64,000 nt of DNA from Dendrobates tinctorius (taxonomy: Eukaryota): NCBI RefSeq assembly GCF_039654945.1, contig NW_027361693.1, positions 10,230,001-10,294,000 of the forward strand, written 5' to 3'. The notes beneath the pieces were generated by a model. The model was not told the origin of the DNA. It saw nothing but the letters and a program-made list of their open reading frames with translations, and made no database searches. Position 1 is the first letter of the stretch; each line of letters opens with the position of its first letter. This document shows, piece after piece, positions 51,273-64,000 of the stretch. Position numbers and translations under genes: made by a program.

Positions 51273-51772
51273 ACTTTTTTTACGCAAACACAGTGTGCCG
51301 TCAGCAGGATGCACCATCCCTGCCCACAAGCACTTGTCCACTTGTCCGTAGTTAGGTGCATTTTCCCTTTACCTGCATTGTTGATGGCAAAGGTAATGTT
51401 GTGGAACATGTGCTTGTTTGTCTAATATCGTGACGGCAGACCAGGAGAATTAGTGCCAGGTTGGGACTGAGTACCTTGTTACGGTCATCGCCATCAGGTT
51501 GCAGAAAGGGTCCCTTTCCCAAGAGCCTAGAATGCAACATTTCAAGCGCAAGCAAATGACAAATTTGTGAATTTAGTGCTGTGGCCTGTGGGCCGTTGGA
51601 TTCGTCTTACCGCTTATGGTCCAATGACTAGGGTATGGACAACTGAAGGCTGCGCTGGGACAAGGACGTGTACGTGCTTGAATATGTTGCAATTTGACTG
51701 TGGTTGGTGCAAATGTCCTTTTTGGAGTTACTGTATTAGCAGAGTCTTTGAAAAACAAGAAGACTGGTAAGG

Positions 51773-52070
51773 GGACATTCATTGTCTCCCTCTGCCACAC
51801 TACCTCCTCACCTCGACACCTGTCTTTCATTGTTCCCCAAAGCTCTGTTCTAGGACCCCTACTCTTCTCCATCTACACCTTTTACCTGGGCCAGCTGATG
51901 TAATGGCACAGTTTGCAATATCACCACAATGCCGATGACACGTAGATCTACCTATCTGTACCTGACATCACCTCCTTACTGACCAAAATCACACGTCTTC
52001 CTTCATAATCATCCTTCTTTTCTGCTTGCTTTCAAAAAGTGGACATGGACAAATCAGACTATATCATCTG
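51773..52070 (+). mobile_element. L2 LINE RT fragment
   Basis: [15 protein letters not shown] and a degenerate ADD motif. Confidence 0.75.
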
Positions 52071-52929
52071 TCAAGCATCTCATGCTGAGTACACCAGAGA
52101 GCTGTGTATGCCTCATTAGTAAGAGGTAAACTGACCTAGAGAAAATGATTTTCAAGACATTCACTGCCTTTTTGGAACATTTTTTGCAGCTGTGATCTTC
52201 ATCATAGCGTGGATGTGGAAAATTTCTAAGTCGTCATCAATACCATGATTGTCCATATGTTGTAAAGAGGAAATGAGGTTTCTCAAGGGGTCGTGGTTAT
52301 TTATGTTTTGTGGCATTTCTTTAACAGCGTTGGTTACACTCAGAAAATTAATTTTAGACAGTGACCTTTGTATATTATTGGTAATATGTATGGGTGAAGA
52401 TGAAGAAGCTTGTTGCATGGGTGTGTTTATAGTTATGGTCGGTGCACTCTTCTTTAAACTTAGTTTTTCATAAGCATCCATCAGTTTGTTTGGTTTTTCT
52501 CCTACACTGATTTGCCTTCTACAATTCAGCATTTTAATAACATGTTGCACTTTGCCCTTTATACAGACACATGTGTGTTGGGCAATATATTTTGGATGGG
52601 CACTTTTAGGGCGAGTCTCACATGCATATCTGGTACACCGATCTTATGACGGGCATGAAATCGATGATGGTAATTGATAATGGCTAAATGATGAATCATT
52701 GTAGGCTGTATCCTGGATCTCATATCTCCCATAGCCACTGCTGTTAATAATCATGTACTTTCCAATTCCTGTCATTGCCATGCCCCTTTTCCAGATCACA
52801 TCAACCAATGATTTGTCCGCCATATTTTTACGAAAAGCCTGCACCTTCCCAGCAGCAACAGTTGTATGAAGCCATGTAACAGTTTTGCAAGGTGTTTATG
52901 ATGCCCCCAAAAAATGCCACACTATGTTG

Positions 52930-53990
52930 ATATCTACCCAGGGGCAAATGTTTGCCAGCCAATACACTTAGAGTATTGGTATTCTGAGTCTAGGAGACCC
53001 GCTCCTTTAAATTGGGCCTATTTGTTAATCAGGCCTTCCTCCACATCTCATCATCCATGACCACCACCAATAGATCAACAGGGTTAACGTGTTCCATGCT
53101 GCTACAGCCAGAGTTGAATTCCGAACAAGGGTGGGAGGTTATGCAGGACGTAAAAGAATTGTTATGGAAAAGGTTGAGGTGTACCCCACGGGAAAATGTT
53201 TGACAGCCAACACACTTAGTGTATCGGCATTCTGAGTCTAGGAGACCCGCTCCATTAAATTGGGCATAGTTTTTAATCAGGCTTTCCTCCACGTCTCATC
53301 ATCTGCCACAAGTAGATCACAGTGTTAACGTGTTCCATGCTGCTACAGCCAGTGTTGAAATCCTAACAAGGGTGGGGTTTTTTGCTGGGCATTAAATACT
53401 TGTTATGGAAAAGGTTGAGATATACTCCACAGGGGAAAATGTTTGTCAGCCCAATACACTTAGTGTATGTTCATTGCAAGTCTAGGAGACCCACTCCTTT
53501 CTCATGGGACATTTTTTGTTAAGAGGACCTCCTACATGTTTCTTCCAAGGGGGGGATTGGGGTTACTGAGGTGCATATGACTTGGTAGCAGGGCAGGCCT
53601 TGCAGTCAATGCATAAGAAAACAGAATGGGAGTACAAAATGAATAATGTGAAGTGGATTTTCCTGTGCCCATCCAGTACCTGGGTTCAAAGGCATATTGG
53701 GGTGCACATGACTTGGCAGCAGGGCAGAAAACAGAATGGGAGTACAAAATGAATGATGTGAAGTGGATTTTCCTGTGCCCTTCCAGTAACTTGGTTCAAA
53801 GGCATATTGGGGTGCATATGACTTGGCAGCAGGGCAGGCCTTGCAGTCAATGCGTAAGAAAAGAGTTTGGGATTACAAAATGTATAATGTGAAGTGAATT
53901 TTCCGGTGGCCATCCAGTACGTGGCTCGGAAAGCTTATTGGGGTGCATGTAACTTTGGGGCAAGCCAGGCCTTGCACTCAATGCAACATT
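52930..53990. repeat. Two sets of diverged tandem modules (~245 bp x3; ~110-130 bp x3)
   Basis: acacttag...tctaggagaccc at ~52961, 53209, 53453; acaaaatg.ataatgtgaagtg.attttcc at ~53634, 53744, 53875. Confidence 0.8.
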
Positions 53991-55684
53991 TTTTCTGGAA
54001 GCCCTCTTGTACCTCTCATAAAAGGAGTATTGTGGTGCGTCATAATTCTTGGCAGCCCATCCACTTACTGCATAGACAATAACAGTTTAGGAGACCCACT
54101 GTTTAATAAAGGCCCTTTAAGAAGTTTAATGCCACCTGATGCCCTGGTAAAAATAGGCTCTGTGACTTTACGAGTCCCTCCTTCATAAATGAAACACGAT
54201 GTGTCTGCTTATGTGTCACACAGCACATGGCCAGCTAGGATTGTTAAATGTTACAATGATACTTCCAAGTAAATGCATTTGTATTGGTTGAAAGCAATGT
54301 TAAAGTTGAAAAAGGCTCCAAAAAAGCTGAGTCTGAGTGTAGCCCAAGTGAGGGAGGAACATTTTGGTCTGGGATTAATTATTTTGCCTTATATACAAGT
54401 ATACAAGTCATTAACCTGGAAAGGATGTACCTTTACATATTTCCCAGCAAAATCCATTTTGGTTTTGTTTTGGTATGTTTTTTGGTGCACCGGTAAAAAT
54501 GACATGAAACTCTGACAACATTGTTTAATGCTGTGAACTAAGAGTCAGAAATGCTTCCAGTGGCGATCCCCATAATGTCCCCATGTCAGTGGAGCAGTGT
54601 TTCCATCATTTTCAGATGTTTTTAGACCTTAAAAGGACCTCCAGGGGGATTGCGGTAAAAATGCTTGGGTCTCCCATAGACTTACATTGGGCTCGTTGTT
54701 CTGTCCGAGTACCCGATTATTCCAATTTGCTTGACTCGTGCAACGAGCACCCGAGCATTTTAGTGCTCGCCCATCACTAATGCATAATCACATTGCCCCT
54801 TTCAATTTGGGCAGTTAGATCTGCTTTTGGGGGAAAGAATGTTGCTTATCATTTTTTATATGCCACAGATATATGCATTATATACATTATATCACTTTTT
54901 GGCTAATATTATATGCATATGGGACATCAGAATCTTGAACAAAGAGAAATTACTTTTTTTCCCCAAATTTTAAAACTTACACATTTTTGGAACTACTTCT
55001 CTATTTTAAACTTTTTTATGCTGCTTTAGAAGCACTGAAGTCAGGTTTGTTGGACATCTTTGGGTTTTGAATGTACCTAACAGATGTCATTTTTACTCTC
55101 CTTATTATCTCTCCCTGCTAATGTTGAATAAAACATTAAGTTCATCTTTTCTCAGACTGAGGTATTTAATTTAAGGAATGCTATTATCAGAAATTGCCAT
55201 TGATGAAATCAGGTTTTCTTGATTAATGTATTTTTTTTCTTTCTAGCATTTTTTTTCATAGCACAATAAGTATTAAAATATGTATTAAAATAAAACAATC
55301 TAAAATCTTACAAATATCACACTGGACATTGGGGCTTTTTTAGACTCATACTTCCTTTTCCTTCAGGATATAACATATGTACATAGCCATAACAGTTAGC
55401 ATGGTCAGGTGTATTATGAATGGTGGATCCTATGTTATCAACTGTATAAAAATGTGTTAGCGATCACTGTATTCCTACCTGTATTGATAAGAAAACTGCA
55501 AATTATTCCTGAAAACATTGGAAGTAAGTCTAAAAAAGCCCCAGTAGTCAGTGTGGAAAATTAAAGATCCTCTCTCCCCTCTAAATCAGTCTGTGATTGT
55601 AAGTTTGTTTACTGTAAGTGATATCTGTAATTTGTATGTAACCCCTTCTCATGCACAGCACCATGTAACCAATGGTGCTTTATA

Positions 55685-57365
<1,681 letters not shown>

Positions 57366-57780
57366 TATGTATATATATATATATATATATACAGTATATA
57401 TTTTTTTTTATAACAGATCATGATATTAAAAAATTGATAAAGCATTTTAATAAATAGATGAAACATAAAAATCTCTTTAAACTAAAGGTTATTTTGTGAT
57501 GAAAATGGCCCTTATGCAAGAGCAATATATGGGCCCCTTTTTGTGTCTATCACTTAAGCTTCTCACTGATTTGATGGTGGAAGAGCTCCCCTTATCTCTT
57601 GGGCCCCTGTGCAGCTGCATCGGTTGCACCAATATTATGTTAGCCACTGCCCATGACAAATTGTATCTAACTTCTTCATGGGAAAAAGATTCCTAATGCC
57701 ACAAAATCAGTGAAAATTTTTTTTAATTCCATGATCAATTTAGCATTGCCTTTTTTTAATTATACCTCTCAAAAGCCTGA

Positions 57781-58195
57781 GGCTGGGTTCACATTGCGTT
57801 GCAGGCAATGCGCTGATGGCATCCATTACATAGCGGCACTAACGCTATGTAATGGATGAGTTATCGCCGCCATTGCCCGCAATAACAGTAGCGCATCCTA
57901 ACACATGCCAAAATCAGCATGCATTAACAAGGATGCGTTACTTTATGGCGCACCCTCAAACACGGTCTGCAGCATGCGAGGGTGCATCCTGTCTAGCGCA
58001 CAGTGAACGGACGTGTTCGCTGTGTATAGACCTGTATGGGCTAATGCAAGGTAGCGCATGGTAATGAATTACTACCATGCATTAGCGCATACGTTAGCGC
58101 TATGGTCACAAATGATGTCAAAGTGACATCTGCGTTAGAGCATTCAATTAATGGATCTGTTAAACAGATGCCCCTAACGCAATACGAACCTAGCC
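57781..58195. mobile_element. Older Harbinger-type MITE
   Basis: ggctgggttcacattgcgtt / aacgcaatacgaacctagcc; flanks TGA/TTA. Confidence 0.7.
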
Positions 58196-58736
58196 TTACT
58201 CAAGAAATAACTATCAAGTCTTTTTTTTCTATTGCTACCTTTTGTGGAAAAGTGTATCTTTTCAATTTAACTGTACTTTTCAATTTAACATATCCTGAGG
58301 TGTATATTTAGTGGAAATGGAAATTGTGTTTAACTTTTATTTACATTGATTTATGTGGGTGTAGGCCCTAAACGTTGTAATATGCAATTAAAAGGTCAGA
58401 GGCAGGAAACAGTAATTCAGATTTCTCTTTCTGAAAACAATGAATGTCACCCCTAGGTTTTGTAAGTTAGTTATTTAATGGATGTACCCTACCCTCAATT
58501 GTTATTTTGCATTGTTTTGCTTTTTTTGGCTCTTCTCCCATTTCTTTCCCTTCCCTTTTTTCCACCTTTCAAACTTTTACCTCTTACTTTGTTGGCTTGT
58601 CCTATATTTTAGGATTTGTTTTGTGTAAAATAAAAAGTATGTGAGAAATCTGTTTTCATGATGCTTATATGCTTTTCAGAGATACAAAATCTGTAAACAA
58701 TTTATTTTCACACTTTTAACATTTACAAAAACGGTA

Positions 58737-60043
58737 TCTAATATATAAAGCTCAAAGTGTGTATGTATGTATGTGTGTATGTATGTGTGTATGCATGTGT
58801 GTATGTCCGGGATAGGCATCCGCACCGTCGCAGCTACAGCCACAAAATTTGGCACAGTCACACGTCTGGACCCCGAGAGCGTCCTAAGCTATGTTGTGAG
58901 GTGAAATTTTAACCCCGCACGTTCCAATTCACCAAACAATTTTGCCCCTGTCTATATACTGGGGAAAAAGTGTGTGCGCGTCAAGCCCCGCCCCTCATTA
59001 TGTCATAATGCCCCTATTTGCATACTGGGGAAACAGTGTGTGTGTATCAAGCCCCACCCCTCATTATGATGTCACAATAGTTGCCATGGCGACGCTGATG
59101 TCATCATAGGTTGCAAGCCCTGCCGCCCCTCATTATGATGTCATAATGTTTGACTATGGGATCGAGGATGTGTGATGGGTATATGGGCACTGGACTATGG
59201 GATGGAGGATATGTATGACGGGTATATGGGCACGGGACTATGAGATGGAGGATATGTATGATGGGTATATGGACACTCGACTATGGGATGGAGGATATGC
59301 ATGACGGGTATATGGGAACGGGACTATGAGATGGCGGATATGTATGATGGGTATATGGGCATGGGACTATGGGATGGAGGATATGTATGAAGGGTATATA
59401 GGCACGGGACTATGGGATGGTGGATATGTATATGTGCACGGGACTATGGGATGGAGGATGTGTGATGGGTATATGGGCACTTGACTATGGGATGGAGGAT
59501 ATGTATGACGGATATATGGGCACAGGACTATGGGATGGCGAATAGGTGGCGAATATGTATATGGGCACAGGACTATGGGATGGAGGATGTGTGATGGATA
59601 TATGGGCACTGGACTATGGGATGGAGGATATGTATGACAGGTATATGGGCACGGGACTATGAGATGGCGGATGTGTGATGGGTATATGGGCACTGGACTA
59701 TGGGATGGAGGATATGTATGATGGGTACATGGGCACGGGACTATGGGATGGCGGATATGTATGATGGGTATATGGTCACGGGACTATGGGATGGAGGATA
59801 TGTATGATGGGTATATTGGCATGGGACTATGCGATGGAGGATGTGTGATGGATATATGGGCATTCGACTATGGGATGGAGGATATGTATGATGGGTATAT
59901 GGGCACAGGCCTATGGGATCGTGGATATGTATGATGGGTATATGGGCACGGGACTATGGGATTGGGATTGAGGATAATTATAAATTGCTATAACTAACCA
60001 CAGTTAGTTGCTATGCCCGAGCAGTGCCGGGCTCTTCAGCTAG
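58737..60043 (+). mobile_element. Non-autonomous Helitron
   Basis: 5' A|TCTAATATATAAA; 3' hairpin gcccgagcagtgccgggc (60015-60032) then CTAG|T; no TSD; (TATG)n near the 5' end. Confidence 0.8.
59152..59960. repeat. 43-bp minisatellite, about 19 copies
   Basis: Unit ggactatgggatggaggatatgtatgatgggtatatgggcacg. Confidence 0.95.
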
Positions 60044-60917
60044 TTGAAAAATAAAAGTATTTTTTAATAGATGACTATGACAAATGACTGTGATGGTTGC
60101 TTTCCATATAGTCATCAACTATCCATTGGCTTACTTGTTTATATGGAATTGGCTTAATGACAAATTGCATAATGTAACACATTTCTAGCAGGATATAGAT
60201 GAAATGATGAACACATTTGTACCTCTCTTGATTATGCTAGTACCTCCTACCATCATGTAAACTTTTTAATATTTTTTTCCTTTTATTCTGCTATGGTCAA
60301 AACAATCAGCCACAGGACTATGACATAGTTGTGTAGGAAAGAACTTGTCCATTTTTTCATAAACGGTTATTAAAGTTAAAAAATTTTAGTGTCAGGGTTT
60401 TAGTGGTGTGCCCAAATTTTTTATGCAATTATCTAAATCTGATGGATATATGAAGTACTTTAGCTAATGGATTTTTATGACAGTATTTTAATTTCATACT
60501 TTATTCTAGCAAAGGATTTTGTGCTATTTAATTATTTCAAATGACAGACGGAATCTCTACATGCCCATGAACAACAAATTAGTTTGCTAAGTAAGTAGTT
60601 TTCCAGAAAGGAAAATAGCGTCTTAAGTATTAGAAAACAGAAGGACTATAAAAATACTTTTGCTCAAAGCCAAGATTATATATTGTGTGTTACTCTGATA
60701 AACTCACAATATTGTCATGTATAAATAATATAAATGTAGTTGATAATCAAATAAACCGAGAAAAAATACAGTACCTAAAGGAATAGAGATTATCATTTTT
60801 TTCAAATTTGAATTTGCTGGCTTTGCTGAATTTTCATCATTGATTCATGGCCAAAAAGTTCAGCACAAGGTTACATAACTAAAAAGTCTCTAATCGCCTG
60901 GAAAATATGTGTGTTAA

Positions 60918-61315
60918 GGGGACTTTACACATAGCGATATGACTAGCAATATTGATAAAGCGTCATCGATTTTGTGACGCAGCAGCGATATTGCTAGCGA
61001 TATCACTACATGTGACACTTACCTCCAACCGGCTCCCCAGCTGGTTATCGGTGATCGCGTGAGATCGGCCAGGTCCATTTCTCGTTGTCGGCTTCATGCT
61101 GGGCTTCCTGCTGTCGCCGACGAGCGACGCGTGGACACGGGCAGAGGAAGTCATCATCGCCGCATCTGACAGGTAAGTAACGACTTCTGCGGTGTCGCTG
61201 CTGAGATCTGCCTGTTTGGAAGCTCACTAGCAACCATTCAGCGATGCACCCGTGATCCTGACCGGGTCATATCATGGTCAGGAGCGCTGGTCCATCGCTA
61301 TATGTAACGGGGCCC
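60918..61315. mobile_element. Harbinger-type MITE with agcgat/atcgct subterminal motifs
   Basis: ggggactttacacatagcgat / atcgctatatgtaacggggccc; TAA on both sides. Confidence 0.7.
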
Positions 61316-62625
61316 TAACACTCCGAATTCTCTTTTGAGTCCAGTGAACCTATTTTGATTTCTGTAATGCAAACACAGATTTGCTGATGTCCAAGTGACT
61401 TCATCCTACCTGGCTAGTTGAAAACATAGTAGGCGAAATTAACCAGCAATCTTTTTTCACACAACAGCGGTTTCCGACTTTGTAAAATGTTTATATTGTA
61501 TAATTAATTATCCCTTCCTGGGGTCAGCTATAAGTCTTACTGTTTTTATACACAGGCAGAGCAAATTAAGCCTTGGTATTTTTACCCAATTGGGAACAAA
61601 ATTATTTTTATTTGATGAATATCAAGAGCTTTACACTTTGATAAAAGAAGATGCAACAGATTTTTCAAAAAACCATTCAGTAATTATCTCCTTTAATTTG
61701 AGATACAAACCAGGTATACCTTTTAAACATGAAAAAATTATCATAAAATTAAGCAATGTAGATGAGGATAACAGTGGGAACACCAGAAAAAAATGTAAAC
61801 ATATTCTACATAGTCACAGTGTACATTATATAACCTGCAAAGCTATTATTAATAACCAATATGTACATATAACATCAATAGCCTTAATGTAGCAATAACT
61901 GATGTATTATGTCAACCCATAAGGTATCAAAATGAAAAATAAGACAGAAAGTAAATCCCCAAACCTAATATGTCTCTTATATAAGTTCTAACATACAAGC
62001 GAGAGGTGCGGCTACATAAACCATTTTGTTTCTCACCTCTATATAAAACTTTATATGAGAGACATATCAGGTCTGTTAGCCTCACCTACATTGTCTCATT
62101 TTATGTAATTTTAACACTTTCTACGAATAAAGTTATCAATATATTTCCATATTTTTTTGGCCTGCATTTTTTTTCATCTGATTGGCATTCAACACAAATT
62201 GATTAGATAATTGCAAAGGCTTTTTATCAAGCTATCCAAAATTCTCCCCTTTTTAGGGAGACAAAACAAGAATACTATTTTCAAAATGAAGACACTATGA
62301 CAAAAATGAATGGTCTTCCATTACTAAAATTTTCTTTACCATCTTTTTAGTGGAAAAAAAAAGTTTTTGGGCCTCACATATGGTGAATTTCAATGATAGA
62401 ACACTTTGTAAGATTAGGCCTATGTGCAAGGCTGCACACAAAGCATAAATAATCAAAAGGTCAATAAAATAAAACTTCACTTTTATAAGATAAATAGTAT
62501 ACACTAAAATTAAAATTTGCTTCTCACTATCTAGCAATGATAAAAGAAGTGAATTCTCATTATTTTTGACACTTAAACTGCCACAAAGAATACTATGCAT
62601 ATACCGTATCTTAGTAGATCAGATA

Positions 62626-64000
62626 CAGTGGGGCAAAAAAGTATTTAGTCAGTCAGCAATACTGCAAGTTCCACCACTTAAAAAGATGAGAGGCGTCTGT
62701 AATTTACATCATAGGTAGACCTCAACTATGGGAGACAAACCGAGAAAAAAAAATCCAGAAAATCACATTGTCTGTTTTTTTTCATTTTATTTGCATATTA
62801 TGGTGGAAAAGAAGTATTTGGTCAGAAACAAAATTTCATCTCAATACTTTGTGATATATCCTTTGTTGGCAATGACAGAGGTCAAACGTTTTCTGTAAGT
62901 CTTCACAAGGTTGCCACACACTGTTGTTGGTATGTTGGCCTATTCCTCCATGCAGATCTCCTCTAGAGCAGTGATGTTTTTGGCTTTTCGCTTGGCAACA
63001 CGGACTTTCAACTCCCTCCAAAGGTTTTCTATAGGGTTGAGATCTGGAGACTGGCTAGGCCACTCCAGGACCTTGAAATGCTTCTTACGAAGCCACTCCT
63101 TTGTTGCCCTGGCAGTAGTGTGCTTTGGATCATTGTCATGTTGAAAGACCCAGCCACGTTTCATCATCAATGCCCTTGCTGATGGAATGAGGTTTGCACT
63201 CAAAATCTCACGATACATGGCCCCATTCATTCTTTCATGTACCCGGATCAGTCGTCCTGGCCCCTTTGCAGAGAAACAGCCCCAAAGCATGATGTTTCCA
63301 CCACCATGCTTTACAGTAGGTATGGTGTTTGATGGATGCAACTCAGTATTCTTTTTCCTCCAAACACGATAAGTTGTGTTTCTACCAAACAGTTCCAGTT
63401 TGGTTTCATCAGACCATAGGACATTCTCCCAAAACTCCTCTGGATCATCCAAATGCTCTCTAGCAAACTTCAGACGGGCCCGGACATGTACAGGCTTAAG
63501 CAGTGGGACACGTTTGGCACTGCAGGATCTGAGTCCATGGTGGCGTAGTGTGTTACTTATGGTAGGCCTTGTTACATTGGTCCCAGCTCTCTGCAGTTCA
63601 TTCACTAGGTCCCCCCGCGTGGTTCTGGGATTTTTGCTCACCGTTCTTGTGATCATTCTGACCCCACGGGGTGGGATTTTGCATGGAGCACCAGATCGAG
63701 GGAGATTATCAGTGGTCTTGTATGTCTTCCATTTTCTAATTATTGCTCCCACAGTTGATTTCTTCACTCCAAGCTGGTTGGCTATTGCAGATTCAGTCTT
63801 CCCAGCCTGGTGCAGGGCTACAATTTTGTTTCTGGTGTCCTTTGACAGCTTTTTGGTCTTCACCATAGTGGAGTTTGGAGTCAGACTGTTTGAGGGTGTG
63901 CACAGGTGTCTTTTTATACTGATAACAAGTTTAAACAGGTGCCATTACTACAGGTAATGAGTGGAGGAAAGAGGAGACTCTTAAAGAAGAAGTTACAGGT
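62626..64000 (-). mobile_element. Tc1 element (MVKTK family), runs off the window end
   Basis: TIR cagtggggcaaaaaagtatttagtcag after TA. Confidence 0.93.
62841..63866 (-). pseudogene. Tc1 transposase with premature TAG (62940-62942) and one extra codon
   Basis: 308-aa ORF continues in frame past the stop as [32 protein letters not shown]. Confidence 0.92.

Larger units (their letters stand above)
46080..54779 (-). mobile_element. Second large hAT element (8.7 kb), internally scrambled
   Basis: TIRs tagtgatgagcga / tcgcccatcacta; perfect 8-bp TSD atgcataa (46072-46079, 54780-54787); remnants TLLDPRYK, VHVTTNTWTSDCGQGRYISL, KKAVLKLI. Confidence 0.9.

Noticed and set aside
59152-59960. CRISPR-like array or repeat-protein ORFs
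   Set aside because: Head-to-tail minisatellite with no unique spacers, in eukaryotic DNA with no cas genes.
63030-63140. Novel DD35E Tc1 family
   Set aside because: The extra residue is a local 3-bp insertion; the related copy near 15620 lacks it.

Overview
Repeat-dense vertebrate DNA; the repeat landscape suggests a frog (inference). The only host coding sequence I can find is one 295-bp minus-strand exon of a type II cadherin, matching cadherin-18 (36810-37104), so the window appears to be two very large cdh18 introns. These hold many nested transposable elements. (1) A near-intact autonomous PIF/Harbinger (3855-9261, TAA TSD) with a spliced 408-aa DDE transposase and a convergent 7-exon MADF/BESS gene. 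(2) A young full-length chromoviral Gypsy LTR retrotransposon (15843-21646) inserted in a Tc1. (3) Two large hAT elements with 8-bp TSDs (23889-35186, 46080-54779). (4) Several Tc1 copies, L2 LINE fragments, a non-autonomous Helitron with a 43-bp minisatellite, and a 298-bp Penelope-type palindrome centred on a hammerhead-like motif. The most striking observation is a Harbinger-type non-autonomous family carrying internal telomeric (TTAGGG/TCAGGG) arrays. It occurs as two independent insertions in opposite orientation on either side of the cdh18 exon, plus an array-less relative. All boundaries were read by eye and no searches were run.
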